A program made the translations under genes and the position numbers. The notes under the pieces are model-generated. The model had not been told where the DNA came from. It searched no databases and saw only the letters and a program-made list of their open reading frames with translations. A stretch of 61,021 bases of DNA from an uncultured Rhodobacterales bacterium (GTDB taxonomy: Bacteria; Pseudomonadota; Alphaproteobacteria; Rhodobacterales; CAZPXZ01). Every line of letters begins with the position of its first letter. Within the stretch, counting starts at the first letter, position 1. Below, one piece after another: positions 19,330 through 28,230 of this stretch. The stretch covers positions 1 through 61,021 of the forward strand of contig CAZPXZ010000005.1 in NCBI GenBank assembly GCA_964590405.1, given 5' to 3'.

Positions 19330-19805
19330 GGGGAAGCCCAGCAGGCAGACGATCAGCCGCAGCATGAGTTCCTGTACGACGGGCATCTTCGGCGACCAGC
19401 AACCCCATCGCGGTCAGCGCCCGCGATTTGAGCCGGTGGTCAACCCACTCCTGCCGTAGGTAGAGGGGTAACAGCAGCGAGTCGACGCGCTTGTGGCCAT
19501 TGGCGAAGGGGTTGTCCTTGACGACGACAGAGGGCAGATGCGCCGCGTTGTCCTCACGGCTTCGGTAGACGGGTTCGCCGAACATGGTCTACTCGATGTT
19601 GCCAAGTGTGGCGGCCAGTGTATCGCCCCCGGGAACTGCCGAACGGCGGCAACGCCTCGTTTCGCGCCATCAACTCGCGAGGGAACTCCGCGATCATGCA
19701 AGTGGCGAGCCCGTGATCCAGCACGCCGACCGCGCCTTCGGCCGCACACCTGGTTACACAGGCCTCGCCAGGGACAGGCTGAACGAGGTCCGACTTCTTC
19801 ACCAT
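19330..19805 (-). pseudogene. Doc/Fic-family toxin remnant (frameshifted, degenerate active-site motif)
   Basis: MVKKSDL...AAEGAVGVLDHGLATCMIAEFPRE reads in one frame. After a frame change near 19590 it continues FGEPVYRSREDNAAHLPSVVVKDNPFANGHKRVDSLLLPLYL. NPFANGHKR stands where the Doc core HPFxDGNKR would be. Confidence 0.4.
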
Positions 19806-20017
19806 TCTTTCGCCGACCACGCAGGCCATGAACCCGCGATTCGCCGCGCGCCACAGAACTGTTCGATCACCCCTGATCGTGCCGGACAAGGGGATCAATT
19901 GTGCCGACGGCGGCTCCCGGCATGCCCATCGCAAAGTCCGGCGGTCGATCGCAGACACCGGCAAGGAAGGGATCGTCGATGAGAGATCGGGATACAGCGT
20001 CAGCCGACCGAAAGAGC

Positions 20018-20479
20018 ACTACGGAGATCTGGCTTGGTATCGGGCGGATCCTGTGTCGCGCACTGTACCTTGCTTCCCCGCATGGTCTGCAGATTCTCTG
20101 GCACAATCACGACTTCGAATATGCCTTGCTGCCCGATGGTTCCCGTACCATTGATCGAATTCTGGAAGGTGGGAGCGCAGACGTGGGTTATGAACTCGAT
20201 GTCGGTTGGTTGACGCGAGCCGGTGTACGTCCGGAAGCAGAGTTTGAACGGTATGGCGACAGGATCTTCGCAATACAGGTCAAGGACACTGCCCCGGACG
20301 GCTGCCTCGAGGAGGATGGCTGGACCGCTACAGGCGACGGAATCATAGACTGGATCTCGTTACTGCCGAGCTTCGATCAGACACCGGCGACCCACATTGG
20401 CGTCGAACATGACAATCCTGCGGACTGGAAACGATTTGCTGAGCCATCCATCCGGTATGTGCGGCAAATCTGCCTGTGA
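20018..20479 (+). pseudogene. 5'-truncated sugar phosphate isomerase/epimerase (xylose isomerase-like TIM barrel)
   Basis: Only the C-terminal ~150 aa is recognisable: GLQILWHNHDFEY...YELDVGWLTRAGV...IFAIQVKD...GDGIIDW...IGVEHDNP. The N-terminal ~110 aa expected for the family is absent from this frame. Confidence 0.6.
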
Positions 20480-20885
20480 GAACCAGTTGCCGAGACACTG
20501 CGCGACAGGCGCTGGTGACCGGCATCGGCGTGGCTCTGGCTTCCTGTCCGCGGATTGCTCTGCCGAACGCCATTGCGACTTCGGGACACGGCATGCAAAT
20601 GCGGCCATTCCGCAGAATTTCATGGACGGAATAAGAGTGAATTGACAAATTACTCAAATCCTTGAATTCCTCCGATCGCGACTCTAGGACGGGCACCGAT
20701 TCGCATCACAACCATAAGTGGGGTATAGAGTAACAGGCGTGTGGGCCTGCATACTGCTCTCTGGCCGCATCGATGCCGCCCGGACTGAATGGCACCGTTA
20801 TTTCAATTTTCCCCCTGGCTCCTCGCGATGCGTCTACCTGATCCCGCGTTCATTCATCGCAGCGGAGTGTGAGGCGCGGTTCGCG

Positions 20886-21812
20886 ATGCAGATCTACCTG
20901 CCTATCGCGGAACAATCCGTCAACGCTCTTCTCCTGCTTGGTGCAGGAGGCGGCGTTGGCTTTCTCTCCGGATTGTTCGGCGTTGGCGGCGGATTTCTCA
21001 TGACACCGTTGCTCATCTTCATCGGCATCTCGCCGGCCGTCGCCGTTGCCACGGAAGCCAACCAGATCGTCGCGGCCTCCTTTTCCGGCTACCTCGCGCA
21101 TCGAAAGCGACGCACGGTTGATGTCCGTATGGGAACAGTACTGCTCTCCGGGGGAGCCCTGGGTGCGTTCATCGGCGTGCAGGCCTTCAAGCAACTCCGT
21201 GAAATCGGTCAGGTCGACCTGGTGGTTACACTGAGTTATGTCATCTTTCTCGGCGCCATCGGCAGCCTGATGTTCTACGAAAGCGTCCGGGCGTTCCTGC
21301 GCAGAAGAAGGGGAATTCATCCCCCGCACCGCCGTCGCCGCACATGGGTCGACGCCCTGCCCCTCAAGGTCCGGTTCCGGACCTCGAAAATCTACATGAG
21401 CGTGATTCCGCCCTTCGTGATCGGCGCCATCGTTGGCGTACTTGCAGCGATCATGGGGGTCGGTGGGGGCTTCATCATGGTACCCGCCATGATCTACATT
21501 CTTCACATGCCGACGCGCATCGTGGTCGGCACCTCCCTGTTCCAGATCATGTTCGTCACCGGGATAACGACCGTGCTGCATGCAGTGGAGAACCAGACCG
21601 TAGACGCTGTACTTGCGCTGGTGCTCCTGATCGGTGGCGCGATTGGTGCACAGATCGGTGCCCGCATCGGCGATCGAATCAAGGGAGAGGAACTGCGCGT
21701 GCTTCTCGCTCTGGTCGTTCTCGGTGTCTGCGGAAAGCTCGCCTATGATCTCTTTGCAACCCCGGCCGAATTGTATTCCATCGCGGCGCTTCTCAACGGT
21801 ACCGAACGATGA
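20886..21812 (+). CDS. TSUP (TauE/SafE) family membrane permease
   Basis: The ATG at 20886 gives MQIYLPIAEQSVNALLLLGAGGGVGFLSGLFGVGGGFLMTPLLIF. A second GVGGGFIMVPAMIY repeat is present. 308 aa. Confidence 0.85.
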   Translation: MQIYLPIAEQSVNALLLLGAGGGVGFLSGLFGVGGGFLMTPLLIFIGISPAVAVATEANQIVAASFSGYLAHRKRRTVDVRMGTVLLSGGALGAFIGVQAFKQLREIGQVDLVVTLSYVIFLGAIGSLMFYESVRAFLRRRRGIHPPHRRRRTWVDALPLKVRFRTSKIYMSVIPPFVIGAIVGVLAAIMGVGGGFIMVPAMIYILHMPTRIVVGTSLFQIMFVTGITTVLHAVENQTVDAVLALVLLIGGAIGAQIGARIGDRIKGEELRVLLALVVLGVCGKLAYDLFATPAELYSIAALLNGTER

Positions 21813-22603
21813 TCCGCTTCCTCATCACATCTCTTGCCTGCGTGATGGCCCTGATCCTGGTCGCCCATGCGGATGACGAGCGGGAACCTCTGCAGGAGAA
21901 GATCGCTGTCGGTTTGTCCCAGGAGGATGTGGATATCACGGCAGACTTTTCCGGGGAGGAAATCCTCGTCTACGGTGCTATCGAGCGCAGTCGCTTTTTG
22001 CACGAATCCGAGGCTCCACCCGATGTGATCATCGTGGTCGAAGGACCCTCACGCCCGAATGTCGTTCGCAGGAAGGAGCGGATTGTCGGTGTCTGGGTGA
22101 ACCGCGCCCATACTGTCATCAGCGCTGCTCCCAGCTTCTATGCCGTGGGAAGTACGCGCCCGCTTGACGAAATCCTGACACCGCACCAGATCGAAATCCA
22201 TGATATCGGTCTGGAGCAGGTGCTTCTCGTGCCAGGGGAGGTCTCGGACGGCGGCGACCCCGAACTCTACCGTGATGCTGCGGTACGCCTCCTCCGCAAC
22301 GCAGGCTTCTACCGGATCCTTCCAGGCAGCGTGCGCGTCCCCGGGGAGTCCCTTTTCTCGTCTCGCATCCGGCTGCCGGCCAGTATCGTGGAAGGTGATT
22401 ATCGCCTCCGGATCCATCTTGCTCGCGACGGGATCGTCACCGATACGCATGAACTCATCATTCCCGTTCGTCGGGCAGCCCTGGAGCAGTGGATCTACAG
22501 ATCTGCACATGAAGACCCTCTGGGCTACGCGCTTGCATCCATCCTCGTTGCCATCCTCGCTGGCTGGGGCGCATCGGCTCTCTTCCGTCGAATCCGCATC
22601 TAA
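21809..22603 (+). CDS. conserved alphaproteobacterial membrane-anchored protein (TIGR02186-like, from memory)
   Basis: 264 aa. N-terminal signal/anchor and a C-terminal TM segment (LASILVAILAGWGASALF). The start overlaps the TSUP stop (ATGA). I recall this family as the habitual neighbour of a TauE-like gene. Confidence 0.6.
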   Translation: MIRFLITSLACVMALILVAHADDEREPLQEKIAVGLSQEDVDITADFSGEEILVYGAIERSRFLHESEAPPDVIIVVEGPSRPNVVRRKERIVGVWVNRAHTVISAAPSFYAVGSTRPLDEILTPHQIEIHDIGLEQVLLVPGEVSDGGDPELYRDAAVRLLRNAGFYRILPGSVRVPGESLFSSRIRLPASIVEGDYRLRIHLARDGIVTDTHELIIPVRRAALEQWIYRSAHEDPLGYALASILVAILAGWGASALFRRIRI

Positions 22604-22682
22604 TGGTTCTCGCTAATCTCGTGACCTGACGTATACAATGACATTGTCGCGTTCCCTCGCGACGCAAAGAGCGGAGAAACCG

Positions 22683-23882
22683 ATGCCCGCCAGCAGTCAT
22701 CCGAAACCCAGGACCTCCCTCGTACATGCCGGAGCGAGGCGAAGCGCGTTCGGAGAACTCTCCGAAGGTCTCTTTCTGACCCAGGCCTACCTGTATCCCA
22801 CCGCGGAGGAGGCCGCCGCGCGCAGCGCCGACGATGATGCGGAGGTTTATGTCTACTCCCGTTTCAGCAACCCGACGGTATCCATGTTCGAAGCCCGGCT
22901 CGCCGCGTATGAAGAAGCGGAATCCGCCTGCGCCTTTGCAACCGGGATGGCCGCTGTTACGGCCAGTCTCCTGTGCACGCTCGAGGCCGGTGATCATGTT
23001 GTCGCTTCTCGGGTTCTCTTCGGTTCCTGCCGTTGGATCGTTGCCGACCTGCTTCCCCGTCTCGGGATCGCCACGACGCTGGTCGACGGACGGACTGCGG
23101 CTGCCTGGGAAGCAGCCATCCGACCGGAAACAAAGGTGCTTTTCACGGAAACTCCGGCCAATCCAAATCTTGAACTGGTCGATATCCCGGCGGTTTCCGA
23201 GCTTGGCCGCAAGGCAAATGCTCTTTTCGTTGTCGACAACGCTCTTTCGTCGCCGGTCTGTCAGCGCCCATTGGAACTGGGCGCAGATGTTTCCGTCTAT
23301 TCGGCAACCAAGCACATAGACGGTCAGGGTCGCTGCATGGGAGGTGCTGTGCTGGGACGGCGCGAGTTCATTCGCGGACCCTTGTTTACCTTCCTCCGGA
23401 ATACCGGCGGCACCATGAGCCCTTTCAATGCCTGGACACTTCTGAAGGCCCTGGAAACCCTGGAGTTGCGGGTCGACGCCCAGTGTGCCACCGCACATCG
23501 CCTGGCGGACCACTTTCACGGTCATCCGGCCCTCGTTCGCTGCCTGTATCCGGGTCTGCCCTCCCACCCGCAGCACGATCTCGCCAAACGTCAGATGCGA
23601 TCTTCCGGTTCCCTGTTCACACTTGATCTCAGGGGCGGTCGCGATGCTGCGTTCCGTTTCCTGAACTCACTCGAGATCGTAAAAATCTGCAACAATCTGG
23701 GCGACGCAAAGAGCCTTGCCACGCACCCGGCAACCACCACGCATGGCCGCCTTCCTGCCGAACTTCGAGCCGAACTGGACATTCCCGAGGGCATGGTCCG
23801 GATCTCCTGCGGTCTGGAGGACCCCGAGGATCTCATCGACGACATTGCCAATGCCCTGGCAAAAGCCGGCAGGGACAACTGA
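22683..23882 (+). CDS. metZ: O-succinylhomoserine sulfhydrylase (Cys/Met-metabolism PLP enzyme)
   Basis: YSRFSNPTV.MFE.RLAA.E.AE, SATKHIDGQGRCMGGAV (PLP lysine) and the C-terminal RISCGLEDPEDLI. About 399 aa from the ATG at 22683. Confidence 0.85.
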   Translation: MPASSHPKPRTSLVHAGARRSAFGELSEGLFLTQAYLYPTAEEAAARSADDDAEVYVYSRFSNPTVSMFEARLAAYEEAESACAFATGMAAVTASLLCTLEAGDHVVASRVLFGSCRWIVADLLPRLGIATTLVDGRTAAAWEAAIRPETKVLFTETPANPNLELVDIPAVSELGRKANALFVVDNALSSPVCQRPLELGADVSVYSATKHIDGQGRCMGGAVLGRREFIRGPLFTFLRNTGGTMSPFNAWTLLKALETLELRVDAQCATAHRLADHFHGHPALVRCLYPGLPSHPQHDLAKRQMRSSGSLFTLDLRGGRDAAFRFLNSLEIVKICNNLGDAKSLATHPATTTHGRLPAELRAELDIPEGMVRISCGLEDPEDLIDDIANALAKAGRDN

Positions 23883-24051
23883 CATCCAACCGCGACATGA
23901 CCCATCACCCGCCAGTTCTCCGCATGGAACACGGTGAGCGTATCTTCATCGAATGGCTTGGCGACTGTCCAGCGCCCGGAGGCCGCGATCCCCGAGTCAA
24001 AGAGTTGCTCCCCAAGTTCATCCAGACACGGCGTTAGACGGAAGCGGGCAA

Positions 24052-25500
24052 ATGCTTGATTTGGCTCCCGTTTCATACGCTATCGGCCTTGTTGTGGCCG
24101 GCGTCGGTGCCATCATGGGAATTCCCGCCTTTGTTGAATTCCTCAACGGAAGCGATGCGGCAGGCGATTTCCTCTATTGTTCCGCCGTGTCCATCGCGTG
24201 CGGTGTCCTGCTTGCCATACCCTTCCACGGCCATCGGTCCGCCCGTCTCTCCGTACGCCAGGCTCTTGTCCTCATCGCCCTTCTCTGGGTTGCCGTCCCC
24301 CTCTTTGGGGCCTTGCCGTTCCTCGCGGCCGAAATCGGCCTCACGCCAACGGATGCCTTTTTCGAAGCCATGTCGGGATTCACGACCACGGGATCTACCG
24401 TCATCGACAACCTGGAATCCCGACCTGCGGGAATCCTCCTCTGGCGCGGATTGCTGCAATGGATGGGCGGAATCGCCGTGGTCGTTGTCGCGATCCTGTT
24501 TCTTCCCCGCATCGGCGTCGGCGGCATGTCACTTTTCCGAAGTTCCCTCGGCGAGGGCACCGACAACATCCAGCCACGCATTCGCAGCGTTTTCCTGCTC
24601 ACCTGTATCGCCTACGGCATCCTTTCCCTACTCTGCGCTTTCACGTATCTCAGCTTCGGCCTTGGTCCACTTGAAGCCTTCGTACTTGCCATGACGACCG
24701 TCGCCACCGGCGGATTCGCCACGCGAGACGCTTCCTTCGCAGACTATCCGCCGGCAATCGAATATGCCGCTGTCTTCTTCATGCTCCTGGCGAGCCTGCC
24801 CTTCCTTCGTTACGTCCAGATTCTCGAGGGTCGGCTGCGGCCCTTCCTCCGGGACGGTCAAGTCAAGGCCTTTTTTCTGGCAGCCACCGCAACCGCGGCA
24901 ATGCTCGCTGCCTGGCTCATCATCACGAACGGCACCGACGCGGAAACCGCAATCCGCAAGTCCCTGTTCAACGGAATATCCATCCTGACGGGAACCGGTT
25001 ACGCCAGCGCCGGTTACGATTCCTGGGGCGGCTTTGCCGTATCGCTCTTTCTCCTGATCGGGCTGATCGGTGGTTGTGCCGGCTCCACAACCTGCAGTAT
25101 CAAGGTATTTCGCTTTCAGGTCCTGCTGGCTTCCCTCCTGGCTGAAATAAGGCGGGTTCGCAATCCGCGTGGCATCTATACGCCGCACTACGAAGGTCAA
25201 ACCATTCCGCGCGATGTTCTCGCCTCGGTCTCCGCCTTCCTCTTTCTCTTTGCTGCATCTCTCATTTCATTGACTATCCTCCTGTCCATGACCGGACTGG
25301 ATTTCCTGACCTCGGCGTCAGGCGCTGCCACGGCGCTCGCGAATGTCGGTCCTGGCCTCGGTCCGATCATCGGTCCGGAAGGAAATTTCGCTTCCTTGCC
25401 GGATGTCGCAAAGTGGCTGCTAACACTTGGAATGCTGCTCGGCAGGCTGGAGATCCTGGGTGTGCTGGTATTGTTCCAGCTTTCCTTCTGGCGTGATTAG
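24052..25500 (+). CDS. trkH: Trk-type potassium uptake protein TrkH
   Basis: 482 aa and polytopic. Repeated selectivity-filter-like motifs (SGFTTTGSTV, TTVATGGFAT, LTGTGYAS, LANVGPGLG). Confidence 0.85.
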   Translation: MLDLAPVSYAIGLVVAGVGAIMGIPAFVEFLNGSDAAGDFLYCSAVSIACGVLLAIPFHGHRSARLSVRQALVLIALLWVAVPLFGALPFLAAEIGLTPTDAFFEAMSGFTTTGSTVIDNLESRPAGILLWRGLLQWMGGIAVVVVAILFLPRIGVGGMSLFRSSLGEGTDNIQPRIRSVFLLTCIAYGILSLLCAFTYLSFGLGPLEAFVLAMTTVATGGFATRDASFADYPPAIEYAAVFFMLLASLPFLRYVQILEGRLRPFLRDGQVKAFFLAATATAAMLAAWLIITNGTDAETAIRKSLFNGISILTGTGYASAGYDSWGGFAVSLFLLIGLIGGCAGSTTCSIKVFRFQVLLASLLAEIRRVRNPRGIYTPHYEGQTIPRDVLASVSAFLFLFAASLISLTILLSMTGLDFLTSASGAATALANVGPGLGPIIGPEGNFASLPDVAKWLLTLGMLLGRLEILGVLVLFQLSFWRD

Positions 25501-25529
25501 GCAAGCCAGAAGAGCAATATCCTGAAATG

Positions 25530-25604
25530 TGGCGCGCCCGACGGGAATCGAACCCGTTCCTCCGCCTTGAAAGGGCGACATCCTGACCGGTAGACGACGG
25601 GCGC
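25530..25604 (-). tRNA. tRNA-Glu(UUC)
   Basis: The reverse complement is GCGCCCGTCGTCTACCGGTCAGGATGTCGCCCTTTCAAGGCGGAGGAACGGGTTCGATTCCCGTCGGGCGCGCCA. Anticodon loop CUUUCAA. Acceptor GCGCCCG/CGGGCGC. Confidence 0.9.
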
Positions 25605-25809
25605 GCTAGCGACGTTGTACGGCAACAGACTGATTTATGCAATCCTTTTCAGGGACTGTTGTTCAAACGAGGAAAGAAAAACAAGAATTATGAAATTACA
25701 ACATTCTCCTTTTTCTCCTATCCTTGCGGATACTGTTGAACCGGCAATTCTTCAACCAGCGCTATCTCGAGAAGGAGAACCGAAGCGCAAGAGCGGGAAG
25801 TTTAACGGA

Positions 25810-25827
25810 TGTGGAAAGTGTGGATAA
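25810..25827 (-). promoter_or_regulatory. two abutting DnaA boxes (CTTTCCACA and a perfect TTATCCACA on the minus strand)
   Basis: The plus strand reads TGTGGAAAG-TGTGGATAA. The second 9-mer is the exact complement of the consensus TTATCCACA. Confidence 0.6.
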
Positions 25828-25861
25828 TGTCCTTAACTCCTCTTGGAACCAACTGGTTACT

Positions 25862-25870
25862 TATGGATAA
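25862..25870 (-). promoter_or_regulatory. DnaA box with one mismatch (TTATCCATA on the minus strand)
   Basis: The plus strand reads TATGGATAA. A weaker box, TGTGGAGGT, follows at 25873-25881 in the same orientation. Confidence 0.45.
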
Positions 25871-26051
25871 TATGTGGAGGTGAGAGACGCGATAGACAAT
25901 CGACTACGTAATTTCACGTAGTAGTCCGGCGTTTGTTAACAGGTTTTCCGCCTAGTATACCAGCCGATGGATACTCGTACGGGTCGGTGAAAACGGGGTG
26001 TCGGACGGGGGCGAAATCGGGATGTCGGGATGGGACAGCAGATTGTTTCCC

Positions 26052-26074
26052 GCGGAAAACTACCGGTTTTCCGC
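26052..26074. repeat. 9-bp inverted repeat GCGGAAAAC-taccg-GTTTTCCGC upstream of maf
   Basis: The arms are perfect. The 10-mer GGTTTTCCGC (26065-26074) also occurs at 25942-25951. Confidence 0.7.
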
Positions 26075-26113
26075 AATGTTTCCCCGAACTTGATGGCAGG
26101 CAGGAGAGACGGC

Positions 26114-26716
26114 ATGCGGAAAGACGTTCTCGTGCTGGCCAGCGGCAGCAGGAGCCGAGCCGGACTCCTCGCAGCGGCCGGAGTGCCGTACGAAATCGCT
26201 CCGGCCAGCGTTGATGAGGAAACCGTTCGGATGTCCATGGAAGCGGAAGGCTTCGGACCCGAAGAGGTTGCAGATGCGCTTGCGGAAGTGAAGGCCTGTC
26301 GCGTGTCCGCGATGCGCGAAGGCCAGCTGGTCCTTGGTGCGGACCAGGTGCTGTTCAGCGAGGGTGAAGTTCTGGCGAAGCCGCAGAGTCTTGATGCCGC
26401 CAGGTTGCAGCTCCAGGCATTGCGCGGAAAGGAGCATGCGCTCATCTCCGCGGCCGTGCTGGCGAAGGACTCCTCACCGATCTGGCGATGTACAGGAAAG
26501 GCTGTCCTGCGAATGCGTGATTTCTCGGATGGCTTTCTGGAGGAATATCTCCGAAGAGAAGGGGAAGCGGTGTGCGAGTCCGTCGGTGCATATCGTCTCG
26601 AAGCAATGGGGTCGCAACTGTTCGAAACGGTTTCCGGTGACTATTTCACCATACTTGGCTTGCCGTTGCTGCCGTTGCTGCAGCAGCTCCGGGAATTGCG
26701 CATTCTGACTGGATGA
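26114..26716 (+). CDS. maf: Maf-like nucleoside triphosphate pyrophosphatase
   Basis: AGGAGAG RBS and ATG at 26114. LVLASGSRSRAGLL N-terminal motif. About 200 aa. Confidence 0.85.
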   Translation: MRKDVLVLASGSRSRAGLLAAAGVPYEIAPASVDEETVRMSMEAEGFGPEEVADALAEVKACRVSAMREGQLVLGADQVLFSEGEVLAKPQSLDAARLQLQALRGKEHALISAAVLAKDSSPIWRCTGKAVLRMRDFSDGFLEEYLRREGEAVCESVGAYRLEAMGSQLFETVSGDYFTILGLPLLPLLQQLRELRILTG

Positions 26717-27576
26717 AGGCGGAAGAGGGCATCATGCGGAAGGATACACTCGAAGCGGGTGTCGTTGGCTGGCCGGTCGCACATTCCCGGTCGCCACAGA
26801 TCTTTCGGCACTGGTTTCGGCGATACGGCATTGTCGGTCATTACGATCGACATGCGCTGGAGCCGGGAGCTTTCGAGGAGGGAATCCGCCATTTGCTGGA
26901 CGAGGGCTTTCGTGGCTGCAACGTGACCGTGCCGCACAAGGAAAGCGCGTTCCGGATTGCGGATATACGGACGGAAACCGCGAATAGAATTGGCTCCGTC
27001 AACACGCTTGTCTTTCACAGCGATGGCCGTATCGAAGGCGATAGCACGGACGGTTACGGCTTCCTGGAGGCACTGCGGCAAGGAGTCGGAGGGAAAGTGC
27101 CAGTGAATGGGCCGTCCGTTATCCTCGGGGCGGGGGGAGCAGCACGCGCGGTGGCCGACAGTCTGGCCGACGCGGGAGCAGTCGAGGTACGGATTGTCAA
27201 CCGGACAATCACGCGCGCCCAGCGTCTGGCGGAAGAAATACCCGGTCCCCTCGTCGCGGTTGCGGTGAAGGATGCGGGGTACGCGCTTCGCGACGCCAGG
27301 TTGGTGGTCAATACGACGAGTCTCGGCATGAAGGGAGGTGCTCCGCTGTTTGTGGACAGCACCGGAGCTCCAAGGGAAGCGGTCGTCATGGACCTGGTCT
27401 ATTCGCCCCTGGAAACGGAACTCCTGCGTCGTGCCCGCGCCGCAGGTCAGAAGGTCATCGACGGTCTCGGCATGTTGCTCCACCAGGCTCGGCCGGGCTT
27501 TCACCGCTGGTTCGGGGTCGACCCGGAAGTGGATGCTTCGCTTCGCAAGGCTGCACTGGAGTCGCCTGTGCCATGA
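26713..27576 (+). CDS. aroE: shikimate dehydrogenase
   Basis: GWPVAHSRSPQIF, GCNVTVPHK, ILGAGGAARAV. The start overlaps the maf stop; an alternative ATG lies at 26734. Confidence 0.85.
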   Translation: MKAEEGIMRKDTLEAGVVGWPVAHSRSPQIFRHWFRRYGIVGHYDRHALEPGAFEEGIRHLLDEGFRGCNVTVPHKESAFRIADIRTETANRIGSVNTLVFHSDGRIEGDSTDGYGFLEALRQGVGGKVPVNGPSVILGAGGAARAVADSLADAGAVEVRIVNRTITRAQRLAEEIPGPLVAVAVKDAGYALRDARLVVNTTSLGMKGGAPLFVDSTGAPREAVVMDLVYSPLETELLRRARAAGQKVIDGLGMLLHQARPGFHRWFGVDPEVDASLRKAALESPVP

Positions 27577-28208
27577 TTGTGATCGGCCTGACCGGGTCCA
27601 TGGGTATGGGCAAGTCCGAAACCTCTCGAATGTTCACGGAGGAAGGCGGCGGACCGGTTCAGTCGGCTGACGACGTTGTGCATCATCTCTATCGCGCCGG
27701 TGGGCGAGGGGCCAAAGCGATCGAAGAGTTGGAACCGGACGCGATCGGCAGAGACGGATCCGTCGATCGACAGCGACTCCGGGAACGGTTGCGCCTGGAT
27801 CCCGACTTGCTGGAGCGTGTGGAGGCTGTCATTCATCCCCTGGTGCAGGAAGAGCGTCATAGCTTTGTCGCCAGGGCGCAGGAAGCTGGCGCGACGTTCG
27901 TGGTTCTTGAGATTCCGCTATTGTTCGAGACGGGTGCAGAGAAGGGAGTGGATACGGTGGTTGTCGTGACTGCGCCCGAGTCGGTCCAGCGCGAGCGCGT
28001 ACTCGCGAGACCGGGAATGGACCAGGAATCGTACCGAAGAATGCTCGCAAAGCAGACCCCGGATGCGGAGAAGCAGCGGCGGGCCGATCACATCATCCAG
28101 ACCGGTGACGGGATGGAGGCGGCGAGAACCCAGGTTCGCGCGGTACTGGCGAAGCTGGGGCTCCGTCCGCCAAGCGAACGGCGATCGGCTACCGAGGCCG
28201 GTTCCTGA
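27573..28208 (+). CDS. coaE: dephospho-CoA kinase
   Basis: MIVIGLTGSMGMGKSE P-loop. About 211 aa. The start overlaps the aroE stop (ATGA). Confidence 0.85.
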   Translation: MIVIGLTGSMGMGKSETSRMFTEEGGGPVQSADDVVHHLYRAGGRGAKAIEELEPDAIGRDGSVDRQRLRERLRLDPDLLERVEAVIHPLVQEERHSFVARAQEAGATFVVLEIPLLFETGAEKGVDTVVVVTAPESVQRERVLARPGMDQESYRRMLAKQTPDAEKQRRADHIIQTGDGMEAARTQVRAVLAKLGLRPPSERRSATEAGS

Positions 28209-28230
28209 GGTTAACGGGAACAGGACAGTC

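Larger units (their letters stand above)
25605..26113. other. candidate chromosomal replication origin (oriC): AT-rich unwinding-type segment plus a DnaA-box cluster
   Basis: This is the only strongly AT-rich stretch in the window (25631-25720 has 29 G+C of 90 by my count). It holds a cluster of DnaA-box-like 9-mers and is immediately followed by maf-aroE-coaE-dnaQ. Confidence 0.5.

Noticed and set aside
25615-25827. A 70-aa ORF inside the AT-rich gap
   Set aside because: It has no RBS, an odd composition and no recognisable motif. It spans the putative unwinding element and the DnaA boxes, so it is more plausibly non-coding origin or promoter DNA.
25780-25960. CtrA-binding sites (TTAA-N7-TTAAC) in the candidate origin
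   Set aside because: Three TTAAC pentamers are present (25802-25806, 25833-25837, 25937-25941). None has a TTAA half-site at the required 7-nt spacing.
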